Shown piece by piece: positions 117,301 through 124,000 of a stretch of DNA of 124,000 nucleotides. The DNA lies in NCBI RefSeq assembly GCF_000737315.1, contig NZ_JMCB01000001.1:20001-144000 (forward strand). Reading direction: 5' to 3'. Position 1 is the stretch's first letter. Every line of letters starts with the position of its first letter. The position numbers were made by a program, and so were the translations under genes. Source of the DNA: Hyalangium minutum (GTDB taxonomy: Bacteria; Myxococcota; Myxococcia; Myxococcales; Myxococcaceae). The notes under the pieces were generated by a model. The model searched no databases. It was not told where the DNA came from and worked only from the letters and a program-made list of their open reading frames with translations.

Positions 117301-120043
117301 GGGGGCAGCCGTTGAGCTCGGCAAGCTCTGGGTCCAGGGTGCCTCGCTCCCCTGGTCAGCCCTGGGCCCGGCAGGGGCCCGTCGAGTCGTGTCCCTGCCG
117401 GGGTACCCCTTCGCCCGGGTACGCTGCTGGCCTCGACAGAAGAGCCCTGCCTTGCCCGTGAGCCCTTCCCCCACGCGCCCAGCCCCTCCACCCGTGCCCC
117501 CTGTGGCAGTGGCGCCTGTGGCCGTGACGCCTGCCGCGTCGCGGGAGGCTGAGCCATCTCCCATGCCCCCCTCGCTCGCCAGCCAGCGGCCCATCACCCG
117601 CTACGCCAGCGTACGAGAGGGGCTGCGTGAGTACCTGCGTGCCGTGCTCGCCCAGGTGCTCATGGTCCCGCTCGAGGAGATCGACGCGGAGACGCCCTTC
117701 CCGAACTACGGCGTCGACTCCCTGGTGGCGATGGACATCGTGAAGCTCCTGGAGCGGGACTTCGGCTCGCTCCAGCGCAGCCTGCTCTTCGAGCACGTCT
117801 CGATCGCGCCTCTGGCGGACTTCCTCGCCACGGAGCACCGCAAGCACAGCGAGGCGCTGTTCGGCCCCAACGCCCAGCACGCACCGCTGGCGCTGGTGGT
117901 CCAGGAGGACGAAGCGCCTCTGGAGGCTCCGCCCGACTCCCTCTCCGCGCCAGAGGCCTCCCCTGCTCCCCTCGCCGTGTCAGAGGCTCCCCCGACGGCG
118001 GCTCCGGTCTATGCCGCGGCGACCCCCGTGCCTCGGGCCCCGCAACCGGGTCCCGGCCCCATGGACATCGCCATCATCGGTGTGGGCGGCGTCTTCCCGG
118101 GCTCGCGGAGCCTGAAGGACTTCTGGCGCAACCTGGAGGAGTGCCGCGATCTCATCAGCGAGGTGCCCGCCGAGCGCTTCGACTGGCGGCCTCACTTCGG
118201 TGACGCCAAGCGCGAGGCCCACAAAAGCGTCACCCGGTGGGCCGGCTTTATCGACGGCGTGGACCGGTTCGACCCGCTCTTCTTCAACATCGCTCCGCGG
118301 GAAGCAGAGCTGATGGACCCCAAGCAGCGCATCTTCCTCGAGGTGGTCTGGCATACGCTCGAGGATGCGGGCTACCGGCCCTCGCAGTTCAAGAAGTCGC
118401 GGACGGGCGTCTACGTCGGGACGACCAGCATGGACTACTACCAGGTCCTGCACGACGCGAACCTCCACGACGACGCCTACGCTCCCTCGGGGCTGGCCCC
118501 GGCAGTGCTGGCCAACCGCGTCTCCTTCCTGCTGGGCCTCCACGGCCCCAGCGAGCCCGTTGACACCGCCTGCTCCAGCTCGCTCGTGGCGCTGCACAAC
118601 GCGGTGCGCGCCATCCAGTACGGGGACTGTGATCAGGCCATCGCCGGGGGCGTCAACGTGCTGCTCACCCCAGACCTCTTCGTCGCCTTCAGCCAAGCCG
118701 GGTTCATGTCACCGGATGGCCGCTGCAAGGCCTTCTCGCGCGAGGCCAACGGCTTCGTCCGGGGAGAGGGCGCGGGGGCCGTGCTGCTCAAGCCCCTGCA
118801 CCAAGCTGTCGCGGACGGCGATCACATCTATGCCGTCATCAAAGGCTCGGGTGTCAACCATGGGGGTGAGGTGCAGTCACTCACCGTTCCGAACCCCTGG
118901 GCCCAGGCGGAGCTCATCGCCTCGGTGCTCGAGCGAGCCGGAGTCGATCCCGAGACGGTGGGCTACATCGAGACTCACGGCACCGGCACCGCGCTGGGTG
119001 ATCCCCTGGAGATCAACGGGCTGAAGCGCGCCTTCTCGCAACTGCTGAACAAGCAGGGCCGCACGCCCTCCCGCACGGGCTTCTGTGCCCTGGGTGCGAT
119101 CAAGAGCAACATGGGCCACCTGGAGGCCGCCGCGGGCATCGCCGGCCTCATCAAGGCGCTGCTGTGCATGAAGTACCGGCGGCTGCCCGGCATCGTCCAC
119201 CTGCGCGAGCCCAATCCGGACATTGATCTGCGCAACAGCCCGTTCTACCTGCTGGACCAGACCCGGCCCTGGGAGCCGCTGCGCGACGCCGAAGGCAACC
119301 CCCTGCCGCTCCGAGCCGGAATCACCTCGCTGGGGTTCGGTGGCTCCAACGCGCACGTGGTGGTCGAGGAGTATGTCCCCCCGTCCGCCGAGCACCGCCG
119401 CGCGGCGACCCCCGCCGAGCCTCAGCTCTTCGTCCTATCTGCCCAGGCCGAGGATCGGCTGCGCGAGTCCGTCGAGCAGTTGCTCTCCCATCTCACGGAC
119501 GAGGGAATCCGGGATGAGGAGCTGGCCGACGTCGCCTGGACCCTGCAGGTGGGCCGGGACGCCCTGCCCGCCCGGCTTGCCGTGGTGGCCACCCGCGCCG
119601 AGGAGCTGAAGGCCCGGCTGCGCGACTGGCTGGACGGACGCGCGGACACGCAGCACGTGCTCTCCGCGACCGTCGCCGTGAGGCGCGGGGGCAAGAAGGG
119701 CTCCACCCCGGGCAATGGCGCGGCGGCCGGCCTGGAGACGGCCCTCGCGGCCCGGGATCTGCCCGGGCTCGCCCAGCTGTGGATCTCCGGTGTGGAGCTC
119801 CCGTGGGCGTCGCTCCACCCGGCCGGTGCACGGCGGCGGGTCGCGCTGCCGGGCTACCCCTTCGCCCGCGAGCGCTACTGGGTGGAGCCGGCGCCCGCGC
119901 CCCTCCGCCTCGTTCCCCAGCCCCAAGCCGTGACCCGCCCGGAGCAGCAGCCGGATCAGAAAGTAGAGCTCCGAGAGCTGCTGCGGCAGCTCAAGCACCG
120001 GGAGCGGTCTGTCGATGAGGTCGCAAACCTGCTGAGGGGCTGA
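111329..120043 (+). CDS. trans-AT PKS 3: ACP-KS-KR-ACP-KS-ACP-KS
   Basis: Three KS triads; KR GGLGGVG...DYATAN; ACP motifs GLGS, GFES and GVDS. Confidence 0.92.
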   Translation: MTERIVSTNSTLQAYTREILEKFVRKELSREEALVLLRSPARPAAEPAAPAVPEEPSLAEATTRYLARQLEELGKAAAPERNFMELGLGSADLLELNTRLERDLRIDLVPTVFFDHSSVGRLADYLARTFPEQLAHALRESPSEVPSAPAPSPAPTPTPTPAPLPTATPLAHTAPSKQPRNEPSGAPGTRTGDIAIIGMAGLFPQSPDLDTFWKNLAAAKDLVEEVPRERWDVAAWYDPTQTQPNRISCKWGSFVPDVDKFDPLFFHISPREAEVMDPQVRLLLQVLYSTAEDAGCVSALRGSHTGMFVGACFRDYDDEMLRRGLPVGPHDGTGNAATMLANRPSFFFDLKGPSLTVDTACSSSLVALHLACQALRRGECDMAFAAGVNLILSPRHYLHFSAMKALSPTGHCHAFDSTADGYVPGEAVAAVLLKPLEQALRDGDPIHAVIKGTSVNHGGYTNSITAPSPAMQAELLLEAWKDAGIDPETLSYIEAHGTGTRLGDPIEVEGLKLAFARHTTKQRFCALGSAKAHLGHTEAAAGLTGLVKVVLSMNRGLIPSMPGFRELNPFIKLEGSPLYINEKPKAWLTPVGAPRRAGVSSFGFGGANAHVVLEEYVQPRPEAASETTGMPLLFPFSARDEVRLRELVERFESFLSRDAGPSLAEVAYTLQTGRATLASRLAIIASSHADLLTALKDFQARREVPLPGLVRVREDGSVLLQAEAAPGEAGLAELAGRWLRGEAVTWPAPASESLRRVSLPTSTFARERYWFEATPGVTGVEPAPAQPQLPPAGAELTWFKPEWFPSALSAPSEVPATAGAVLVFDPDGSFTQQVEAQDRLRGSARAVVRIQPGAEFRRVGPRHYELQPEHAADYERLLDALANDGLRLAGILFFWGKRSRFESPDALLEGLDDALGQGLYPLVRLIQALLPRRKDERIQLLYVYRSGGEEVIAHHEALSGLARAVTAAAPWLNFRLLGMDASGTTPELRVERVLAELHASEAATQVEVRYRNGERHVRGVRPVPAHEAAAAMGPAFRQGGIYLITGGLGGVGYELAKYLAGKYRARLVLTGRSPLEDELRRKLSHLEGLGSDAVYVQADVVSRKDVDHCLAYVKARYSGLHGIIHCAGLLKEATLADKRQEDFGTTLAPKVQGTLVLDQATRAAPLELFVVLSSVSTVIGTSLAADYATANRFLDSFAALRESLRQRGQRQGQTLSICYPYWRDGGMRMSPEKEALVLQATGMEPLSSAQGIQALETALALGHQQGLPQILTAFGELEKMQRALQAAPPPPAAAAATPPARPATPPDASQSAALEARLTTELVELAVKTLRLQGTVNPRSELSGYGFESITILEFTQALNARYGTALSPALFYEHRTIEGYVRFLLSKHAATLLGTLPEHAPAPTPGVATSPVPSSGPREEQSAETRQDEAIAVVGMAGVFPGSPDLETFWSNIQAGRDLVGEIPRERFRWEDFHGDGVPEERRITSPRGGFIQDVDCFDPLLFNLSPLEAELMDPQQRIFLEMVWRTLEDAGYRPEELSRRKTGVFVGVSNVDYRDVLAGAGRMSEVYITTGLSTSLIPNRVSYLFDWSGPSEPVDTGCSSSLVALHRAMAALRAGDCDAAVVGGINLLLSPTPFIACSRAGMLSPDGRCMTFDKRANGYVRGEGAGALLLKPLSRALADGDRIHAVIRGTAINHGGHAQGLTVPNPTAQSQVLISVYEKAGVDPATLGFIEAHGTGTSLGDPIEVNGLRKLFQHFHGDTSPAGARCGLGTVKSNIGHLESAAGIAGVIKVILSLKHRTLPASLHCQELNPFIDLSGSPLYIVRETQPWEAREDAQGQRLPRRAGVSSFGFGGVNAHALLEEYVEAPTSPAQETPRLMGGQELIVLSARNAERLTESARRLATFLQRAEASAPPLADIARTLREGRREMEHRLAIIASSVGELRARLEDFLAGQKHAALLTGKASSESPSLQLMEESEEGRAFIASLVRKGAAVELGKLWVQGASLPWSALGPAGARRVVSLPGYPFARVRCWPRQKSPALPVSPSPTRPAPPPVPPVAVAPVAVTPAASREAEPSPMPPSLASQRPITRYASVREGLREYLRAVLAQVLMVPLEEIDAETPFPNYGVDSLVAMDIVKLLERDFGSLQRSLLFEHVSIAPLADFLATEHRKHSEALFGPNAQHAPLALVVQEDEAPLEAPPDSLSAPEASPAPLAVSEAPPTAAPVYAAATPVPRAPQPGPGPMDIAIIGVGGVFPGSRSLKDFWRNLEECRDLISEVPAERFDWRPHFGDAKREAHKSVTRWAGFIDGVDRFDPLFFNIAPREAELMDPKQRIFLEVVWHTLEDAGYRPSQFKKSRTGVYVGTTSMDYYQVLHDANLHDDAYAPSGLAPAVLANRVSFLLGLHGPSEPVDTACSSSLVALHNAVRAIQYGDCDQAIAGGVNVLLTPDLFVAFSQAGFMSPDGRCKAFSREANGFVRGEGAGAVLLKPLHQAVADGDHIYAVIKGSGVNHGGEVQSLTVPNPWAQAELIASVLERAGVDPETVGYIETHGTGTALGDPLEINGLKRAFSQLLNKQGRTPSRTGFCALGAIKSNMGHLEAAAGIAGLIKALLCMKYRRLPGIVHLREPNPDIDLRNSPFYLLDQTRPWEPLRDAEGNPLPLRAGITSLGFGGSNAHVVVEEYVPPSAEHRRAATPAEPQLFVLSAQAEDRLRESVEQLLSHLTDEGIRDEELADVAWTLQVGRDALPARLAVVATRAEELKARLRDWLDGRADTQHVLSATVAVRRGGKKGSTPGNGAAAGLETALAARDLPGLAQLWISGVELPWASLHPAGARRRVALPGYPFARERYWVEPAPAPLRLVPQPQAVTRPEQQPDQKVELRELLRQLKHRERSVDEVANLLRG

Positions 120044-120083
120044 TCACGCCCCCGAACCGCCGCATGGCCCTGGAAGAGACCGG

Positions 120084-123000
120084 ATGAAGCTCGACAAGAG
120101 ACAGATCCTCCAGCAAGTGGAGAGCGGCGACCTGGAGATCGACCAGGCCGTGGAGCTGCTCGCACGCCTGGGCATCGCCCCCAAGGCCGCGCCGGCCGAG
120201 CCGCTCGGACACGTCTACTACGAGTCGCGCTGGGAGCCGGCCCCGGCTCCAGCGGAGCGCCTCGCGCCGGGGCAGCGGGTGCTGCTCGTCGGAGAGCGCG
120301 AAGCCGCCATGGACGCGCTCCGGGCGGCGCTCACCGGACACGAGGTCGTCTCCGTCCTCCCGGGGACGGGCTTCCGGAGGCTCGCGGCCGATCAATATGA
120401 GGTGGACCTGGGCAGCGAAGAGCACGGCGCAAGGCTCCTGGCCGAGCTCGCCGGGGCCGGGTTCTTCCCCACGCAGGTACTGCACCTGTGGCGAGGTGGC
120501 CCCGACGCGTCGCTGGAAGAGGCCAGCGACGCGCGAGCGTTGGAGACGGGCGTCCACGCGGCGTTCACGCTGGTGAAGGCGCTGCTCGCGCAGGCCCCCA
120601 AGCAGGAGCTCACCCTGCTGTCCGCGTGTCTGGGTCCCGGAGGCGCGCCCGCGTGCGCCGCCGTGGCGGGCTTCCTGGCCGTGGCGGAGCAGGAGAACCC
120701 GAAGCTTCGGGGCAAAACGGTCCACATGCGGGAGCCCTCCCCCACCGTGGCCGCGGAGCTCCTTCTGGCAGAGCTGCCGAGCCTGTCCGAGGCCGAGGTC
120801 CGCTACGACGCGAACGGCCGCCAGGCACGCCGCCTTGCCGAGCTGACGATCCCCGACGTGGAGACGCCCGGCCCGCTGCGGCAGGGCGGCGTGTACCTGA
120901 TCACCGGAGGCGCGGGTGGGCTCGGGTTGCTGTTCGCCCGGCACCTGGTGGCCACGGCGGGCGCCCGGCTCATCCTCACGGGGCGCAGCCAGCGACCTTC
121001 CGCGCAGCAAGAGCAGCTCTTCCGAGAGCTGGAGACGCTCGGAGGCCAGGTGGTGTACTGCCCGGCGGACGTCACCGTGCTGGCGGACATGGAGCGGGCC
121101 GTGCGGCTCGCCCGGGAGCGTTTCGGGAGGCTCGACGGGGTTCTCCACGCAGCGGGCGTCCTCGAGGACGCCTTCCTCGTCCGCAAGTCGTGGGACTCCT
121201 TCCAGCGGGTCCTGGCCCCCAAGACCCATGGCGTCCTCGCGCTCGATCACGCCACGCGAGAGGAGGCGCTTGATTTCTTCGCGCTCTTCTCTTCCACGGC
121301 GACGGTGCTGGGCCGTGCCGGCCAGGCGGACTACGCTGCGGCCAACCATTTCATGGACGAGTTCGCCGCCGCGCGAAACGCCCAGGTGGCCGAGGGCCGT
121401 AGGACGGGCCATACCGTGAGCATCGCCTGGCCGCTGTGGCAGGGCGGCGGGATGAACATCTCGGAGGCCGACCGGGAGACGATGGAGCGCATCACGGGCA
121501 TGACCGTGATGGGTGCGGAGGAGGGCTTCACGGCGTTCACCCACGCCCTGCGCAGTGGCCGCTCCCTGGTCGCTGTCCTCTACGGGCGCGGAGCCCGCAT
121601 CCGCGACTTCATCGAGCGCCGAGGCTCACGCAAGCCCGCGCCGGCTGCTCCCGCGCCTCGGGCGGGTGCCCCGCGGGACCGGGCGGAGCTGGCACGCGGC
121701 GCGGAGGAGTACCTGCTGGAGCTCATCTCGCGAGAGACGCGCCTGCCGCGCCAGCGCATCGACGTGAAGCAGGGCCTGGATGCGATCGGCCTGGACTCGA
121801 TGCTGATCAACCGGCTGAACGTGCTCCTGGAGGACCCTTTCGGTTCCCTCTCCAAGACGCTGTTCTTCGAGTACCAGAGCATCCGTGAGCTGGCGGGCTA
121901 CTTCTCCGAGCACCACACCGAGGCGCTCGCCGCGCTCCTCTCCCCCGCGTCCTCCTCCGAGGCCCCGCCTGCGGCGGAGGAGCCCACCCAGAGCCCCGAG
122001 CGATCCCCTGCCCCTGCTCCCGTGCAACAGGCCCCGGCGGCCCCGGTCACCGGGGACATCGCCATCGTCGGGCTCAGCGGCAGGTATCCGGACGCCGAGG
122101 ACCTGCAGGAGTTCTGGGAGAACCTGGCCCAGGGGCGCAACAGCGTGGGCCAGGTCCCGCGGGAGCGCTGGGATCTGTCGCGCTATCCGGGCCTGGAGCT
122201 GAACACCCGGGAGCGGCAGGGCCTCCAGTGGGGCTCCTTCCTGCGCGAGGTGGACACGTTCGACCCGCTGTTCTTCAACATCGCGCCCAGGGACGCGGAG
122301 GTGATGGATCCGCAGGAGCGCCTCTTCCTGGAGACGGCCTGGTCGGCGCTGGAGGATGCGGGCTACTCGCGGCCGGAGCTCCAGCGCACGAGCCGCGAGG
122401 GAGACGAGAGCGCGGTAGGCGTCTTCGTCGGCGTCACCTTCGGCCAGTACCAATCCATTGGCGTGGAGGAGTGGGGACACGGCAACTACATCAGCCCGGG
122501 CTCTTCCTTCTGGTCCATCGCCAACCGGCTCTCCTACGTGTTGAACGTGAACGGGCCGAGCATGCCCGTGGACACCGCGTGCTCCGCCTCGCTCACGGCG
122601 GTGCACATGGCCTGCGAGAGCCTGCGCCGGGGCGATTGCCGGGTCGCCGTCGCGGGTGGAGTGAACCTGAACATCCACCCGGCCAAGTACGTGGCCCTGG
122701 CGCGGCTCAAGTTCCTCTCCACCGAGGGCAAGTGCCGCGCCTTTGGCGATGGAGGAGATGGGTACGTGCCCGGTGAGGGCGTGGGCGCCGTGGTGCTCAA
122801 GCCGCTCGCCCAGGCGGAGGCAGATGGGGACCACATCTACGCCGTCATCAAGGGCAGCACCATCAACCACGGGGGCAAGACGAATGGCTATACCGTCCCC
122901 AACCCCAAGGCCCAGGCCAGCCTCGTCTCTCGCGCGCTGCGCACCGCGGGGGTCAACGCGCGCACCGTGGGCTACGTGGAGGCCCACGGCACGGGCACGT

Positions 123001-124000
123001 CGCTGGGTGACCCGATCGAGATCACCGGCCTCAACAAGGCGTTCCGGGAGCACACGCAGGACCGGCAGTTCTGCGCCATCGGCTCGGTGAAGACCAACGT
123101 GGGGCACCTGGAGTCCGCCGCGGGCATCGCCTCGCTCACCAAGGTGCTGCTGCAGCTGCGGCACCAGCAGCTCGCACCCTCGCTGCATGCGGAGACGCTC
123201 AACCGGAATATCGACTTCGGCAGCTCGCCGTTCTTCGTGCAGCGGGAGCTGGCGCCCTGGCCAAGCCCGGCCGTGACGGGGCCCGATGGAAGGGTGCGGA
123301 CCCTGCCCCGCCGCGCGGCGATCAGCTCCTTCGGGGCGGGCGGCGCGAACGCGCACCTCATCCTCGAGGAGTACGTGGCGCCTCGCGCGGAGCGCCCCCA
123401 GGCCTTGGGGCCCGAGCTGGTGCTGCTGTCAGCGAAGAACACCGGGCGCCTGCGGGCCTACGCGAGCCGGCTGAAGCAGCACCTGCGGCGCCTCCAGTCC
123501 TCGGCCGGGGCCATGCCCCCGCTGGGAGACCTTGCCTACACGCTCCAGGTGGGCCGAGAGGCGCTCGAGGAGCGTCTGGCGCTGGTGGTCGGCAGCGTGG
123601 ACGAGCTGGTAGTCCGGCTGGAGGAGTTCGAGCAGGGCCAGCTCCACGGAGCTCAGGCGTACCTCGGCCGCGTGCCGGAGGAGCGCACCGCCGCCGCGGA
123701 GGTGGAGCTGCCCCGCGCCCAGGAGCTCATCCGCCGCAGGGACTGGGCCACGCTGGCCCGGCTGTGGGTGGAAGGCCACTCCGTCCCCTGGGGCGAGGTG
123801 TACCTCGGCCAGGGCCGCCGCGTGTCGCTGCCCACCTACCCCTTCGAGCGGAAGCGCTTCTGGGTGCCGCTGAGTCACCCCAGCGCCAAGGCTCCCCAGG
123901 CCGCTGCCGCGCTGCACCCGCTGCTCGACCGGGCCGTACCGAGCCTGAACGGGACCGTCTTCGAGAAGCGCTTCCGGCGCGACGAGCCCCTGCTGCGGGA
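120084..124000 (+). CDS. trans-AT PKS 4, partial (KR-ACP-KS-start of DH); runs off the window
   Basis: GGAGGLG/LED/DYAAAN KR; GLDS ACP; DTACS/HGTGT/GHL KS; HPLL DH start. Confidence 0.9.
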   Translation, partial: MKLDKRQILQQVESGDLEIDQAVELLARLGIAPKAAPAEPLGHVYYESRWEPAPAPAERLAPGQRVLLVGEREAAMDALRAALTGHEVVSVLPGTGFRRLAADQYEVDLGSEEHGARLLAELAGAGFFPTQVLHLWRGGPDASLEEASDARALETGVHAAFTLVKALLAQAPKQELTLLSACLGPGGAPACAAVAGFLAVAEQENPKLRGKTVHMREPSPTVAAELLLAELPSLSEAEVRYDANGRQARRLAELTIPDVETPGPLRQGGVYLITGGAGGLGLLFARHLVATAGARLILTGRSQRPSAQQEQLFRELETLGGQVVYCPADVTVLADMERAVRLARERFGRLDGVLHAAGVLEDAFLVRKSWDSFQRVLAPKTHGVLALDHATREEALDFFALFSSTATVLGRAGQADYAAANHFMDEFAAARNAQVAEGRRTGHTVSIAWPLWQGGGMNISEADRETMERITGMTVMGAEEGFTAFTHALRSGRSLVAVLYGRGARIRDFIERRGSRKPAPAAPAPRAGAPRDRAELARGAEEYLLELISRETRLPRQRIDVKQGLDAIGLDSMLINRLNVLLEDPFGSLSKTLFFEYQSIRELAGYFSEHHTEALAALLSPASSSEAPPAAEEPTQSPERSPAPAPVQQAPAAPVTGDIAIVGLSGRYPDAEDLQEFWENLAQGRNSVGQVPRERWDLSRYPGLELNTRERQGLQWGSFLREVDTFDPLFFNIAPRDAEVMDPQERLFLETAWSALEDAGYSRPELQRTSREGDESAVGVFVGVTFGQYQSIGVEEWGHGNYISPGSSFWSIANRLSYVLNVNGPSMPVDTACSASLTAVHMACESLRRGDCRVAVAGGVNLNIHPAKYVALARLKFLSTEGKCRAFGDGGDGYVPGEGVGAVVLKPLAQAEADGDHIYAVIKGSTINHGGKTNGYTVPNPKAQASLVSRALRTAGVNARTVGYVEAHGTGTSLGDPIEITGLNKAFREHTQDRQFCAIGSVKTNVGHLESAAGIASLTKVLLQLRHQQLAPSLHAETLNRNIDFGSSPFFVQRELAPWPSPAVTGPDGRVRTLPRRAAISSFGAGGANAHLILEEYVAPRAERPQALGPELVLLSAKNTGRLRAYASRLKQHLRRLQSSAGAMPPLGDLAYTLQVGREALEERLALVVGSVDELVVRLEEFEQGQLHGAQAYLGRVPEERTAAAEVELPRAQELIRRRDWATLARLWVEGHSVPWGEVYLGQGRRVSLPTYPFERKRFWVPLSHPSAKAPQAAAALHPLLDRAVPSLNGTVFEKRFRRDEPLLR

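Noticed and set aside
88710-124000. Assigning the PKS to tartrolon, hyaboron or another named compound
   Set aside because: The loading and diene parts are compatible, but later modules differ and the cluster is truncated; a database comparison is needed.

Overview
High-GC myxobacterial DNA (Cystobacterineae-like: MYXO-CTERM, ELWxxDGT, DUF2378 and A2M-PbpC genes). No rRNA, intact tRNA, CRISPR array, transposase or integrase is visible. Four blocks: (1) 1-12.5 kb, a tmRNA 3'-end fragment (probable att site), hflX and surface/secreted proteins; (2) 12.6-40 kb, a myxobacterial non-flagellar type III secretion locus (sctV,U,T,S,R,Q,P,O,N,L,J,I, fliO-like, FliA-type sigma factor, five TPR proteins) with no recognisable secretin or translocator; (3) 40-88.5 kb, mixed housekeeping and accessory genes; (4) 88.7 kb to the end, the start of a trans-AT PKS cluster with a DH-KR-FkbH-ACP loading module. 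The most striking signal is in block 2. Six self-contained cassettes (promoter, 75-76 aa ORF, terminator) encode a protein whose C-terminal helix is in register with T3SS needle subunits. Each carries a sigma28-like promoter (GAAACTCC-N11-nCCGATAA). The same promoter precedes a GDPH/DUF1521-type protein, a needle-like paralogue heading the main operon, and an orphan 929-aa protein 10 kb outside the locus. Together these suggest a FliA-controlled, needle-dosage-amplified T3SS with a predicted remote substrate. All calls come from motif recognition by eye; no searches were run, and start codons are best estimates.
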